This document shows positions 8,950-16,876 of a DNA stretch of 18,105 nt, piece by piece; position 1 is the first letter of the stretch, and each line of letters begins with the position of its first letter. The translations under genes were made by a program, and so were the position numbers. The notes beneath the pieces are model-generated. The model saw only the letters and a list, made by a program, of their open reading frames with translations, was not told the DNA's origin and did not search any database. This DNA is from an uncultured archaeon (GTDB lineage: Archaea; Nanohalarchaeota; Nanosalinia; Nanosalinales; Nanosalinaceae): the NCBI GenBank assembly GCA_964421955.1, contig CAYQYU010000016.1, positions 826-18,930 of the forward strand. The letters are read 5' to 3'.

Positions 8950-9663
8950 TTAGTCCCTGTCTTCTTTAAGTTCATCCTGACGGTCTTCTTTGATTTTTTG
9001 GCTTGTGACTCCGTCAACTATCTCCAGGATCCTGTCCGCGTATTCTGCGTCGTTGGGATCATGCGTAACCATAATTATGGTCTTCCCACGGTCGTTCAGG
9101 TCGGTGAGCAAATCCATTATGGCTTCTCCTGTCTCTGTGTCAAGGTTTCCGGTGGGCTCGTCTGCGAGTATAATGTCAGGATCGTTGGCGAGTGCCCGGG
9201 CAATAGAAACCCGCTGTCGCTGCCCTCCAGATAGTTCCGAGGGCAGGAAATCGACACGATCTCCGAGCCCGACGCTTTCCAGGAGTTCTACTGCCCTTTT
9301 CTTCCTCGCCGCCCTTGGCTTTCCCTGGAAGACCATCGGCAGGGCGACGTTCTGCCAGGTGTTCATAGAGTTGATGAGGTTAAACTCCTGGAACACGAAT
9401 CCCACTCTTTCTGAGCGGAGCAGCGCGAGCTGGTTCTCTGTCATCTTGCCGATGTCTTCGTCTGCTATAGTCACGGTTCCCCTTGTCGGAGTGTCCAGCG
9501 CTCCAATCATGTTCATCAGGGTTGACTTTCCGGAGCCGGAAGGCCCCATTATGGCGACGAACTCGCCCTCCTCTATACTTGCGTCCGAGCCTCTCAGGGC
9601 TCTTACTATCGCTTCACCCATCTGGTATTCTTTCTCGACATCTTCAAGTTCTATGATCGCCAC
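8950..9663 (-). CDS. ABC transporter ATP-binding protein, MacB/LolD/SalX type
   Basis: GPSGSGKST, GFVFQEFNL, LSGGQRQRV, ILADEPTGNLD and MVTHD motifs. GTG start. Confidence 0.95.
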   Translation of the reverse strand: MAIIELEDVEKEYQMGEAIVRALRGSDASIEEGEFVAIMGPSGSGKSTLMNMIGALDTPTRGTVTIADEDIGKMTENQLALLRSERVGFVFQEFNLINSMNTWQNVALPMVFQGKPRAARKKRAVELLESVGLGDRVDFLPSELSGGQRQRVSIARALANDPDIILADEPTGNLDTETGEAIMDLLTDLNDRGKTIIMVTHDPNDAEYADRILEIVDGVTSQKIKEDRQDELKEDRD

Positions 9664-9754
9664 AGATTTCGCCTTCTGTATGAAATAGTTATCTCGCTTC
9701 TTATAACGGCTTTCGGTGAAGAGGGAGGAACGAGATATCGGACTTGAGTTGCGA

Positions 9755-10153
9755 CTAGTTCAGGTTGCTGCTCTCGCCGAAGACTTCCACTGTTGAAACG
9801 GCTGCATCCGAGAATGCGTCCTGTTTAAAATATCTTTCTATTTCGGGCCAGATATACTCTTCAAAGATATCCTTATCCGTACCGGTAAATTCGTATCCTT
9901 CTGCTATCTGGAACTCTATCTCCGTGCTGTGCTTCTTCCGGACCTCATAGTACAGTTTTGGACGCTTACCTCTCGAATCGTAGCTCAGCTCTACTGTTAT
10001 TTCAGTATCTCTCAGTTCTCTAGCTTCAAGAATATCCCGTATATCCTCTACCAGATCATGCCCGACGGGGTCTTCTTCCGATATTTTCTGGCCTATTTCT
10101 TTGAGGTGGCCAAACTCCCCGCTATCGGGGAGTTCTCTTGCAGTCGTTGTCAT
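9755..10153 (-). CDS. Hypothetical protein
   Basis: 132-aa acidic ORF with TTTATA 23-28 nt upstream of the ATG. Confidence 0.72.
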   Translation of the reverse strand: MTTTARELPDSGEFGHLKEIGQKISEEDPVGHDLVEDIRDILEARELRDTEITVELSYDSRGKRPKLYYEVRKKHSTEIEFQIAEGYEFTGTDKDIFEEYIWPEIERYFKQDAFSDAAVSTVEVFGESSNLN

Positions 10154-10236
10154 AAGTCCAGATTTACGACCTGTCTATAAACCATTGCTTACAGTTGGAC
10201 GACTGTTAACCTCCACATATTCTACATATTCTGTTT

Positions 10237-10689
10237 CTAGGTGTCCCATTCTTCGTATTCAAGTCTTTCATCAGGGTCCCAGAGCTCAGTTCGGAAGGCG
10301 TCGACAACCGCCATGTATCTCTGTCTCGCATCCATTTCGCCGTCGAGGTCGTCTATGTTTTCGATCGCGTAACGTTTCTGGGCGGTGTATTCGGCAGGAT
10401 CTGTGCTGGACTTATCTGTATTTTCAAGCAGGGGTCCTTCCAGAAAATCGTCTTCTTCCACTGCTTCAAGATAGCTGGAGAAGTATTCGGAGGGACTTAC
10501 AGAGACCATTACGAAACCATCGCTGTAACCTATTTCTGCCTCGGCAGTCTCAGTGTCCAGCCCTGCCTCATCCAGGGTATCTCCTAGAATCTCTATAGCG
10601 AGATTATCACTTGGCTGAGATCGATCCAGGGGTATTTTGTCTGTTTTCTTATGTCCTCTGTCTGTTGTGGTTGATCGATCCGAGGCCAT
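10237..10689 (-). CDS. Hypothetical protein (very acidic)
   Basis: 150-aa D/E-rich ORF with TTAATAAA 22-29 nt upstream of the ATG. Confidence 0.72.
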   Translation of the reverse strand: MASDRSTTTDRGHKKTDKIPLDRSQPSDNLAIEILGDTLDEAGLDTETAEAEIGYSDGFVMVSVSPSEYFSSYLEAVEEDDFLEGPLLENTDKSSTDPAEYTAQKRYAIENIDDLDGEMDARQRYMAVVDAFRTELWDPDERLEYEEWDT

Positions 10690-10747
10690 AATCGACTGTA
10701 CTCTGGCGGATTTATTAACAAAGTTATACTCGACTGCAATTCGGCTA

Positions 10748-11104
10748 CTAACCGAGGCTGTTCAGAACTTCCTGGGTGTACTGGGCCGCCTCTCCAGCGT
10801 GATCCATACCGTAGGACATGAGATCCATCCCGTACTCAGAAGCAAGGTCCCCTAGATCGTCACTTCCGATGTAGCCTGGTGACGCGGGAATTAACTCAAT
10901 GAAATCTTCGACCGAGTAGCCCTGTGTGAGCTCTGTCAATCCGTATCCCGCTGCAGCAAACCCTGCGGTAGGCCCGGTAATCTTTGCAAAAGTTCTGAGG
11001 ATCTGGTTCTTCTCACTGAGCTGCTTTCTCTCATCTTTCGGCACTAGAGGGCCTCCCGTGATTTCACAACGGTCTCTTTCCGTATCTTCCGGTTGGTATT
11101 TCAT
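10748..11104 (-). CDS. Hypothetical protein, possible single Gly/Ala-rich membrane segment
   Basis: 118 aa with an ITGPTAGFAAAGYGL segment. TTTAAA 24-29 nt upstream of the ATG. Confidence 0.68.
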   Translation of the reverse strand: MKYQPEDTERDRCEITGGPLVPKDERKQLSEKNQILRTFAKITGPTAGFAAAGYGLTELTQGYSVEDFIELIPASPGYIGSDDLGDLASEYGMDLMSYGMDHAGEAAQYTQEVLNSLG

Positions 11105-11156
11105 CAGGTGGGAATTGGGAGCAAAGATTTAAACCAAAATCGATATTGAACTTGGT

Positions 11157-12296
11157 CTAATTGGTCCTCTCAAGTGCGAAGTTAACGATCTCATCCAGAA
11201 CTGAGATCTGGGCTTCTTTGAGATTGGAGTTTGAGAGGTGCTCTGAAGCTTTCCTGGCATTTTCTTTTGCCTTCAAGTTGGATTTTTCAAGGGCGCCTGT
11301 TTCCCTGATTATAGAGCCTGCCCTCTCCTTTTCCTCCTTTCCGATTTCGTCTTTTTTGAGGATATCAAGCAGGTATTTTCCATCGTCGGTTAAATCACGT
11401 TGGCAGGGTATCTCCTCTTTCTTGAGGGTGGAGGACTCTTTCTCAAGTTCCTTGAGAGCGTAGAAGATGGGTAATGTAACAGTACCGTCTTCTAGGTCTG
11501 AGTATTGATCTTTCTGTTCCTCGGCCTTTTCGACACCGATTATGTCGATCAAGTCGTCTCTAATCTGGTAGACCAGAGCCAGTTGAATCGAGTACTTCTT
11601 GAGGTTTCGATATTCCTGGCCCGATACCTTCTCCAGTATCATGGGTCCTGACTCGAAGAGTGGCGCGGTCTTGTTCCTCGTGACTTCCCTGTAGAATTTT
11701 AAGAAGTCCAAATCTGAACTCCCATTCGAGAGCATCTTTCTTTTACCGGGTAGCTGCTCCCCTGCGACGTCAAGAATCTGACCCCTTGAAAGCCTCTTGA
11801 TTGACTCGCCAATTATACTGGATACTTCGATTCTTGTCTCCGGGTCGAGAAATTTCATCTGGAAAGGAATTCTCTCGGCCACTGACTGAAGGTGGAAGGC
11901 GTCAAGCGAGGCGATGGAATTTGCCTGTCTTCGGGTGAGGTTGTGTTCAAGAAACTTGACATGTGATGTTTTCATTCCTCTTCTCACTTCGTCCCTATCT
12001 ATCACATCGTCCATTATAAGGGACACCCCGTGAACGGCTTCTACAGGCACGAAGAGATGGTGTAGCTGTTCTCTTGTTAGATCGATATCTGATCCCTGAG
12101 CCATGATCAGCGGCAGGAATGCCCTGACTCTCTTCCCGCGGCTTGTTATCAGCGATTCATCGTACTCTTCAACATGCCTGAGCAGTTCTCGAGTGTTCCT
12201 GTCCCTTTCAAGGTGCTCTTCCAGTTTGGAGTCGAATAACTGTCTTGAGAAGCATTCCTGGACCTTTTTCTGGACTTCGGGAGATAGCCCGGACAT
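11157..12296 (-). CDS. Trans-isoprenyl diphosphate synthase (polyprenyl synthetase family)
   Basis: GKRVR, FARM SLIMDDVIDRDEVRRG, GQILD, NKTAPLF, SARM YQIRDDLID, and SDLEDGTVTLP. Confidence 0.9.
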   Translation of the reverse strand: MSGLSPEVQKKVQECFSRQLFDSKLEEHLERDRNTRELLRHVEEYDESLITSRGKRVRAFLPLIMAQGSDIDLTREQLHHLFVPVEAVHGVSLIMDDVIDRDEVRRGMKTSHVKFLEHNLTRRQANSIASLDAFHLQSVAERIPFQMKFLDPETRIEVSSIIGESIKRLSRGQILDVAGEQLPGKRKMLSNGSSDLDFLKFYREVTRNKTAPLFESGPMILEKVSGQEYRNLKKYSIQLALVYQIRDDLIDIIGVEKAEEQKDQYSDLEDGTVTLPIFYALKELEKESSTLKKEEIPCQRDLTDDGKYLLDILKKDEIGKEEKERAGSIIRETGALEKSNLKAKENARKASEHLSNSNLKEAQISVLDEIVNFALERTN

Positions 12297-12357
12297 AAGT
12301 TTTGAGTGTGGGCCGGAAGGCTAAATAGGCTTTGATCCTGTGTCTGGACAAGGAAAA

Positions 12358-12364
12358 TTTATAA
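12358..12364 (+). promoter_or_regulatory. TATA box (TTTATAA) with upstream purine-rich BRE-like GGAAAA for the Hsp20-like gene
   Basis: 24-30 nt upstream of ATG 12388. Confidence 0.55.
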
Positions 12365-12387
12365 CAGTCTATGCAGAAGGACTACAT

Positions 12388-12834
12388 ATGAGTCCGATTT
12401 CGTCTCTCTTTGACTCCGATAACTCGGATAATGTTTTGGAAGAGATGGCAGATTTTGCTGTCGATGTATTGAGTGCAGGTATGGAGGCCACGGAGTCTGT
12501 AACCGGTTCAGGAATCCCCGTCAAAGTCGAGGAGAGAGACGGGAGAAAAATGGTTGAAGCTGAGCTACCTTTCCTTTCCGGTGACGAGATCAGTATTGAT
12601 TCTGGAGACGGAGGTCTTTCGGTGTCAATCGAGAGATCCCGGGAAGTTGAGGGACGGGATTTTGACAGGGACGGGCTGGAAGATACCCTGAAAGATCTCT
12701 TCGAGATACCTGGAGATGTTGACAGTTCCACTCTTGACGTGAGTTTTGAAGACGGCGTACTGAGGATGGAGGCAGACATGGAAGAGGACAGTTCCAGGAG
12801 TGATCATGAGGATCCCCACGAAGAAGATTTCTGA
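12388..12834 (+). CDS. Hsp20/alpha-crystallin-domain protein (divergent)
   Basis: PVKVEE...MVEAELPF...EISI...LSVSIER...FEIPGDVD...VSFEDGVLRMEA follows the alpha-crystallin pattern. ATG 12388 is supported by TATA spacing, whereas the ORF track starts at GTG 12340. Confidence 0.78.
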   Translation: MSPISSLFDSDNSDNVLEEMADFAVDVLSAGMEATESVTGSGIPVKVEERDGRKMVEAELPFLSGDEISIDSGDGGLSVSIERSREVEGRDFDRDGLEDTLKDLFEIPGDVDSSTLDVSFEDGVLRMEADMEEDSSRSDHEDPHEEDF

Positions 12835-12845
12835 ATATGTGGGTT

Positions 12846-14531
12846 CTAGAGATTCCTGTACCTCTTTATCAGGAGTGCGACTGCCCCCGTTGAGACCATC
12901 CACGCCGTGATTCCGAGGAGTTCTGGCCTGATAGTTTCCAGCCCCTGCCCGTAGAGAACGACGGAGTCGAAAGCCTTTAGCGCTATGTTTCCTGGCTGAG
13001 ATGATCCGAACCCTCCCAGGATCGGCGACATCATTTCCAGCGGCAGCACAAATCCGGAGAAGAAGGACAGGAACACCAGAGTCAGGTTTCCTATGAGTAG
13101 CGTGATTGATTTTTCTTTCACCAGGTATGCCATGGCTATGCCTACGTTGATAAGCCAACCACAGAGCAGAGACACTATGATGCCGACTGCAAGGCCGTTC
13201 TCGGCTATCGGAAGCTGGAATATGTAGTGCCCGAAGATCAGGACTGATGCCATCGGGACGGAGATTATGAGGCCCGAGGCTATGAAGAGCGCGAGGTATT
13301 CCCTGAATGAGATTCCTTTAATCATTCTGAGCCTCTTGACGGTCGACGAGTTTATGTGCTTCAGGCTTATGAACTGGGACACAAGTAGCGATACGAATAT
13401 GGCGATGAAAACCAGGACGGTCGAGAAAATTGTCTGACGCTGTAGCAGGTTTTTATCATCCGTTTTTTCAACTCCCTCCGAGTCGGTGGCGGTGTAGAGG
13501 CCGGAGGCCTCGGATGATACAGGCGAGGTCAGCCGGGAGATATTCTTTCCCGCAAGATTTGAGTTGAACTCCCTGAGGTTTTCAAGGCTATGATTCAGTT
13601 CCTCTATGCTCTGTTTCTGGTCCTCAAGGGCCTCGCGGCTGTTCCGGAGTTCTGTGATCGAGCTGTTTATTTTTTCCAGGTATTGATTTCCTGTGTCAAC
13701 CTGGCCCCGGGGTTTCTCGATGTCGGAGATATTGTTGTTGAAACCGGCCAGGCTCTGGTTCAGAGATAGTAACTGTTCCTGGGCGGCGAGCCGCTTCTGC
13801 TGGTTTTCCTGGTTGAGGTTTTCCATTTCGGACAGGTTGGCCTGTGCCAGTTCCAGGTTTCTACCGGTCTCGGCCCTCATTTCTGCTGCTGCGTTCTCCA
13901 CCTGGGTCAGGCTCTGCCTGACTTCTTCGAACCGGGTTTCCATATCGCCGAAATCCTGTCTTAGAGAGGTTCTTGCCTCTTCCAGTTCTCCTATCTTTGA
14001 ATCTAGGAATGTGATCTGCTGTCCTAGATTCCTGTTGGACTCGGTTAGCTGCTGCTGGGCTATTTCAATTCTCTCTTCCTGCTGGGATATCTTATCAAGT
14101 GTTTCCGAGGCCTTTCTCTCTGTGTAGTTCAGTCTCATTGAATCCGATATCTGGGTCACGCCTCTCCTGACCCGCTTCCCGACTATCTGGCGGGTGTTGT
14201 CGTAGTGAAGGCTGATCCTGAAGCTCTGGTTACCCTCTTCCTCGATTACGATGCAGCCGGCTATCTTGAAGCTCTTGACGTCGGAGACGCAATCTTTGCG
14301 TGAACTGTACTTCTGGAGTTCTGCGAAGGAGTCCGCTTTGTCTCTGAATTCGGTGTAGTTAAAGCTCTCTGCATTTTCCAGTGTCCCGACCTTGAGCGTG
14401 GTGGAATCATAGCCGAAGCTTGCGAAGATCATTGCAACGATGAACATGGGGAGTCCGATAAGCACGACAACTGATTTCCAGTCGTCCATAAACCCTTTCA
14501 GGTTGACCTTGATGAGCGCAAGCAGCTTCAA
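12846..14531 (-). CDS. ABC-2 type permease with large extracellular coiled-coil insert (YhgE/Pip-like architecture)
   Basis: TM1 near the N-terminus, a long Q/E/L/N heptad-rich region, then 5 TMs with the FFSGFVLPLEMM ABC-2 motif. TTG start 6 bp after the ATPase stop. Confidence 0.85.
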   Translation of the reverse strand: MKLLALIKVNLKGFMDDWKSVVVLIGLPMFIVAMIFASFGYDSTTLKVGTLENAESFNYTEFRDKADSFAELQKYSSRKDCVSDVKSFKIAGCIVIEEEGNQSFRISLHYDNTRQIVGKRVRRGVTQISDSMRLNYTERKASETLDKISQQEERIEIAQQQLTESNRNLGQQITFLDSKIGELEEARTSLRQDFGDMETRFEEVRQSLTQVENAAAEMRAETGRNLELAQANLSEMENLNQENQQKRLAAQEQLLSLNQSLAGFNNNISDIEKPRGQVDTGNQYLEKINSSITELRNSREALEDQKQSIEELNHSLENLREFNSNLAGKNISRLTSPVSSEASGLYTATDSEGVEKTDDKNLLQRQTIFSTVLVFIAIFVSLLVSQFISLKHINSSTVKRLRMIKGISFREYLALFIASGLIISVPMASVLIFGHYIFQLPIAENGLAVGIIVSLLCGWLINVGIAMAYLVKEKSITLLIGNLTLVFLSFFSGFVLPLEMMSPILGGFGSSQPGNIALKAFDSVVLYGQGLETIRPELLGITAWMVSTGAVALLIKRYRNL

Positions 14532-14537
14532 GTCGCT

Positions 14538-15254
14538 TCACATCCGGAAGGAATCCTTTACGAACTCGGAGATTTTGCTGTAACCTGCCTGCTTCGTCAT
14601 CGATGCCACTGTCCTCGTGTTGTGGAATTTCCCGTCCATAATCAGCCCGTATCGATTGCAGTTCTCTATAACGGACTGTATGTTGTGGCTGGAGATAATT
14701 ATGATCCTGCCTTCTTCAGACAGTTTCTGTATCCTGCTCCAGATAATTTCTCTCTGAGGAGGGTCAATTCCGGCAAAGGGTTCGTCAAGCACGATAAGCT
14801 CCGGCTCGTGTATCAGGACTGTTGCGATGTCTGCTCTCTTCTTCATTCCTCCCGAGAGCTGGTCGACCCGCTTATCTATGGAGTCGAGAATGTCGAGCTG
14901 TTCTAGGATTTCTCCCTGACGCTGTCTGACGGTTGACCTGCTGAGCCCCCGGAGTTCACCAAATACCTGGAGGTTCTCCCTGATGCTCAGGAAGTCGTAG
15001 ATGGCGTTTTCCTGCGGAGAGTACCCGACGACCTCCCGGAGGTCTACCTGTTCACCGTCTATCTCGAACCAGACGCTTCCCTTCCTCGGCTTCAGGAGCC
15101 CCAGAAAGGTCTTGATGATTGTGGACTTTCCGGAACCGCTTTTCCCAAGAAGCGCCATCAGGTCGCCTGATTCAAGTGTGACATTGACGTTCTTGATCTG
15201 GAAACTTGGATACCCTGCCTCCAGGTTTACCGTCTTGAACCTCTTACGGGACAT
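14538..15254 (-). CDS. ABC-2 (DrrA/NodI-like) transporter ATP-binding protein
   Basis: GKSGSGKST, GYSPQE, LSGGMKKR, LIVLDEPFAGID and ISSHN motifs. Confidence 0.93.
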   Translation of the reverse strand: MSRKRFKTVNLEAGYPSFQIKNVNVTLESGDLMALLGKSGSGKSTIIKTFLGLLKPRKGSVWFEIDGEQVDLREVVGYSPQENAIYDFLSIRENLQVFGELRGLSRSTVRQRQGEILEQLDILDSIDKRVDQLSGGMKKRADIATVLIHEPELIVLDEPFAGIDPPQREIIWSRIQKLSEEGRIIIISSHNIQSVIENCNRYGLIMDGKFHNTRTVASMTKQAGYSKISEFVKDSFRM

Positions 15255-15290
15255 TCGGAGATAATTTGGCTTTTCGGGAATAAAAACCTG

Positions 15291-16832
15291 TTATCTGGTG
15301 AAGAGAAGGTAAACAGCCAGAATCCCTGCAACACCGCCTATCTTGAACAGGATATCTGCGGATGGTTGACTCGCAACCAGTAGACCTGTGGAGGCCAGGA
15401 TCAACGAGGGGGTGACGAGGTCTGTAGCTTCCCGGCTCTCTTTTTCTCTTTGCCTCTCTTCTTTTTCTTGCCCGATTTCGGAGTTGATCTTTGACGGCAG
15501 CTTCGTGATCAGGTCCTTGTTGCCTATCAGGTCCAGGCCGAATTCTTTCATTATTTCTTTTGGAGAGTTGTTTTCGTATATTATTTCCTCTATAATTTCT
15601 TCGTACTTGTCCGAGATCTGGAAGTCTGAATGCAGTGTGTGACCGAGTCCTTCAACTGTTATGAAGTTCTTCATCAGGAGTGTGTGGATTGCCGGCATGT
15701 AGATACCGTGATCCGAGATCTCAATGAACAGCTCCAGCATCTGCCTTGTGACGCTCTGTTTCTCGCTTCTGCTGGTCTTGAAACGCATGACCTTCCTGGT
15801 CGTGATCTCCTTTGCAGCGCCCCGGTCGTATGATTCGGTCAGGTTACCAACATCTTCTAGGAGTTTCAGCACTCCCTCGACATCTTCCCTTATGAAGTAG
15901 AGGAGCATCAATCCAAGCTTCTCCGAGGACTTGTGGTCTATCTCACCCATCATGCCGAAGTCGAGGTAGGCTATCTTTCCCTCGCGTGTTATCAGGAAGT
16001 TCGACTTGTGCAGATCTGCGTGGAAGAATCCGTCCCAGAGGGCCTGTTTGATACCTGCTTCAATAGCGTTTTCCGCGACCTGCTGTATGTCTACACCCCA
16101 TTCCTCCAGTTTTTCGTGGTTGTTGGATTCCACTCCTTCAACGTACTCAAGGACCAGCACTTTGTTCGTGTTCAGTTCCGGGAAAGTCCTTGGAACAGTC
16201 TCGTTGGGCCGGTCCTTCAGGTTTTCCCTGAAAAGCATGACGTTCTCGGCTTCTTTCTCCATGTCAATCTCGTTCAGAGTCCACCTGGCGAACTCGTCGA
16301 CGAAGTCAGAGGCTCTCAGGTTTGTAAGCCTCTGACTTTTTCTCTCCACTTTTCTGGACAGGTACTTCAGTATCCTGAGATCTGTCTCCATTTTCTTCCT
16401 TATACCTGGTCTCCTGACCTTCAGTACTATGTCCTCGCCGTTTTCCAGTTTTCCCCTGTATACCTGGGCGATTGACGCTGACGCCATTGGAGAGTCCTCA
16501 ATCTCCCTGAATTTTTCAAGCCCGATCTCCTCGTCTATTATGCTGTACGCTTTTTCATCAGGGAAGGGTGGTACATCGTCCTGCAGCCTGGAGAATTCGT
16601 CGGCATAGGTCCGTGTGACAATGTCGGGTCTTTCTGACATCAGCTGTCCGAACTTGATGAAGGTGGGTCCCAGCTCTTCAAGGCCTTCCCGGACAACTTC
16701 CGGACGTGTTTTCTTTTCCTGCGATCCCTCTTCTTCAGGTTCTTCTGCCAGCCAGAACCGTATACCTGTCTTGAGGAGTATCAGTTTTATGTGCAGGAAT
16801 CTCCTGATGTTTCTGAGTCTTCTGAAACCCAT
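15291..16832 (-). CDS. ABC1/AarF/UbiB-family atypical kinase-like protein
   Basis: KxGQ motif (LGPTFIKFGQ), Ala-rich loop ASASIAQVY, VLKVRRPG, FFHADLHKSN, YLDFGMMG, and two C-terminal hydrophobic helices. Confidence 0.92.
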   Translation of the reverse strand: MGFRRLRNIRRFLHIKLILLKTGIRFWLAEEPEEEGSQEKKTRPEVVREGLEELGPTFIKFGQLMSERPDIVTRTYADEFSRLQDDVPPFPDEKAYSIIDEEIGLEKFREIEDSPMASASIAQVYRGKLENGEDIVLKVRRPGIRKKMETDLRILKYLSRKVERKSQRLTNLRASDFVDEFARWTLNEIDMEKEAENVMLFRENLKDRPNETVPRTFPELNTNKVLVLEYVEGVESNNHEKLEEWGVDIQQVAENAIEAGIKQALWDGFFHADLHKSNFLITREGKIAYLDFGMMGEIDHKSSEKLGLMLLYFIREDVEGVLKLLEDVGNLTESYDRGAAKEITTRKVMRFKTSRSEKQSVTRQMLELFIEISDHGIYMPAIHTLLMKNFITVEGLGHTLHSDFQISDKYEEIIEEIIYENNSPKEIMKEFGLDLIGNKDLITKLPSKINSEIGQEKEERQREKESREATDLVTPSLILASTGLLVASQPSADILFKIGGVAGILAVYLLFTR

Positions 16833-16876
16833 ATTGATTCATTCATACAAGACATTAAGAAATTTTGTAAGTCAGG

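Noticed and set aside
8990-9688. 232-aa plus-strand ORF and similar antisense ORFs over copB, the permeases and ubiB
   Set aside because: Ser-rich antisense shadows of well-supported genes with strong motifs.
10215-10232. 9-bp tandem duplication ACATATTCT x2 in an intergenic gap
   Set aside because: Too short and isolated; no transposase or inverted repeats nearby to call it a target-site duplication.
10748-11104. Possible double-glycine bacteriocin/halocin precursor as cognate toxin for SdpI
   Set aside because: The ITGG is not in a convincing leader context, there is no peptidase or maturation gene nearby, and the mature part is acidic.
12340-12387. GTG-started N-terminal extension of the Hsp20-like ORF
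   Set aside because: It spans the TATA box; ATG 12388 has canonical promoter spacing.
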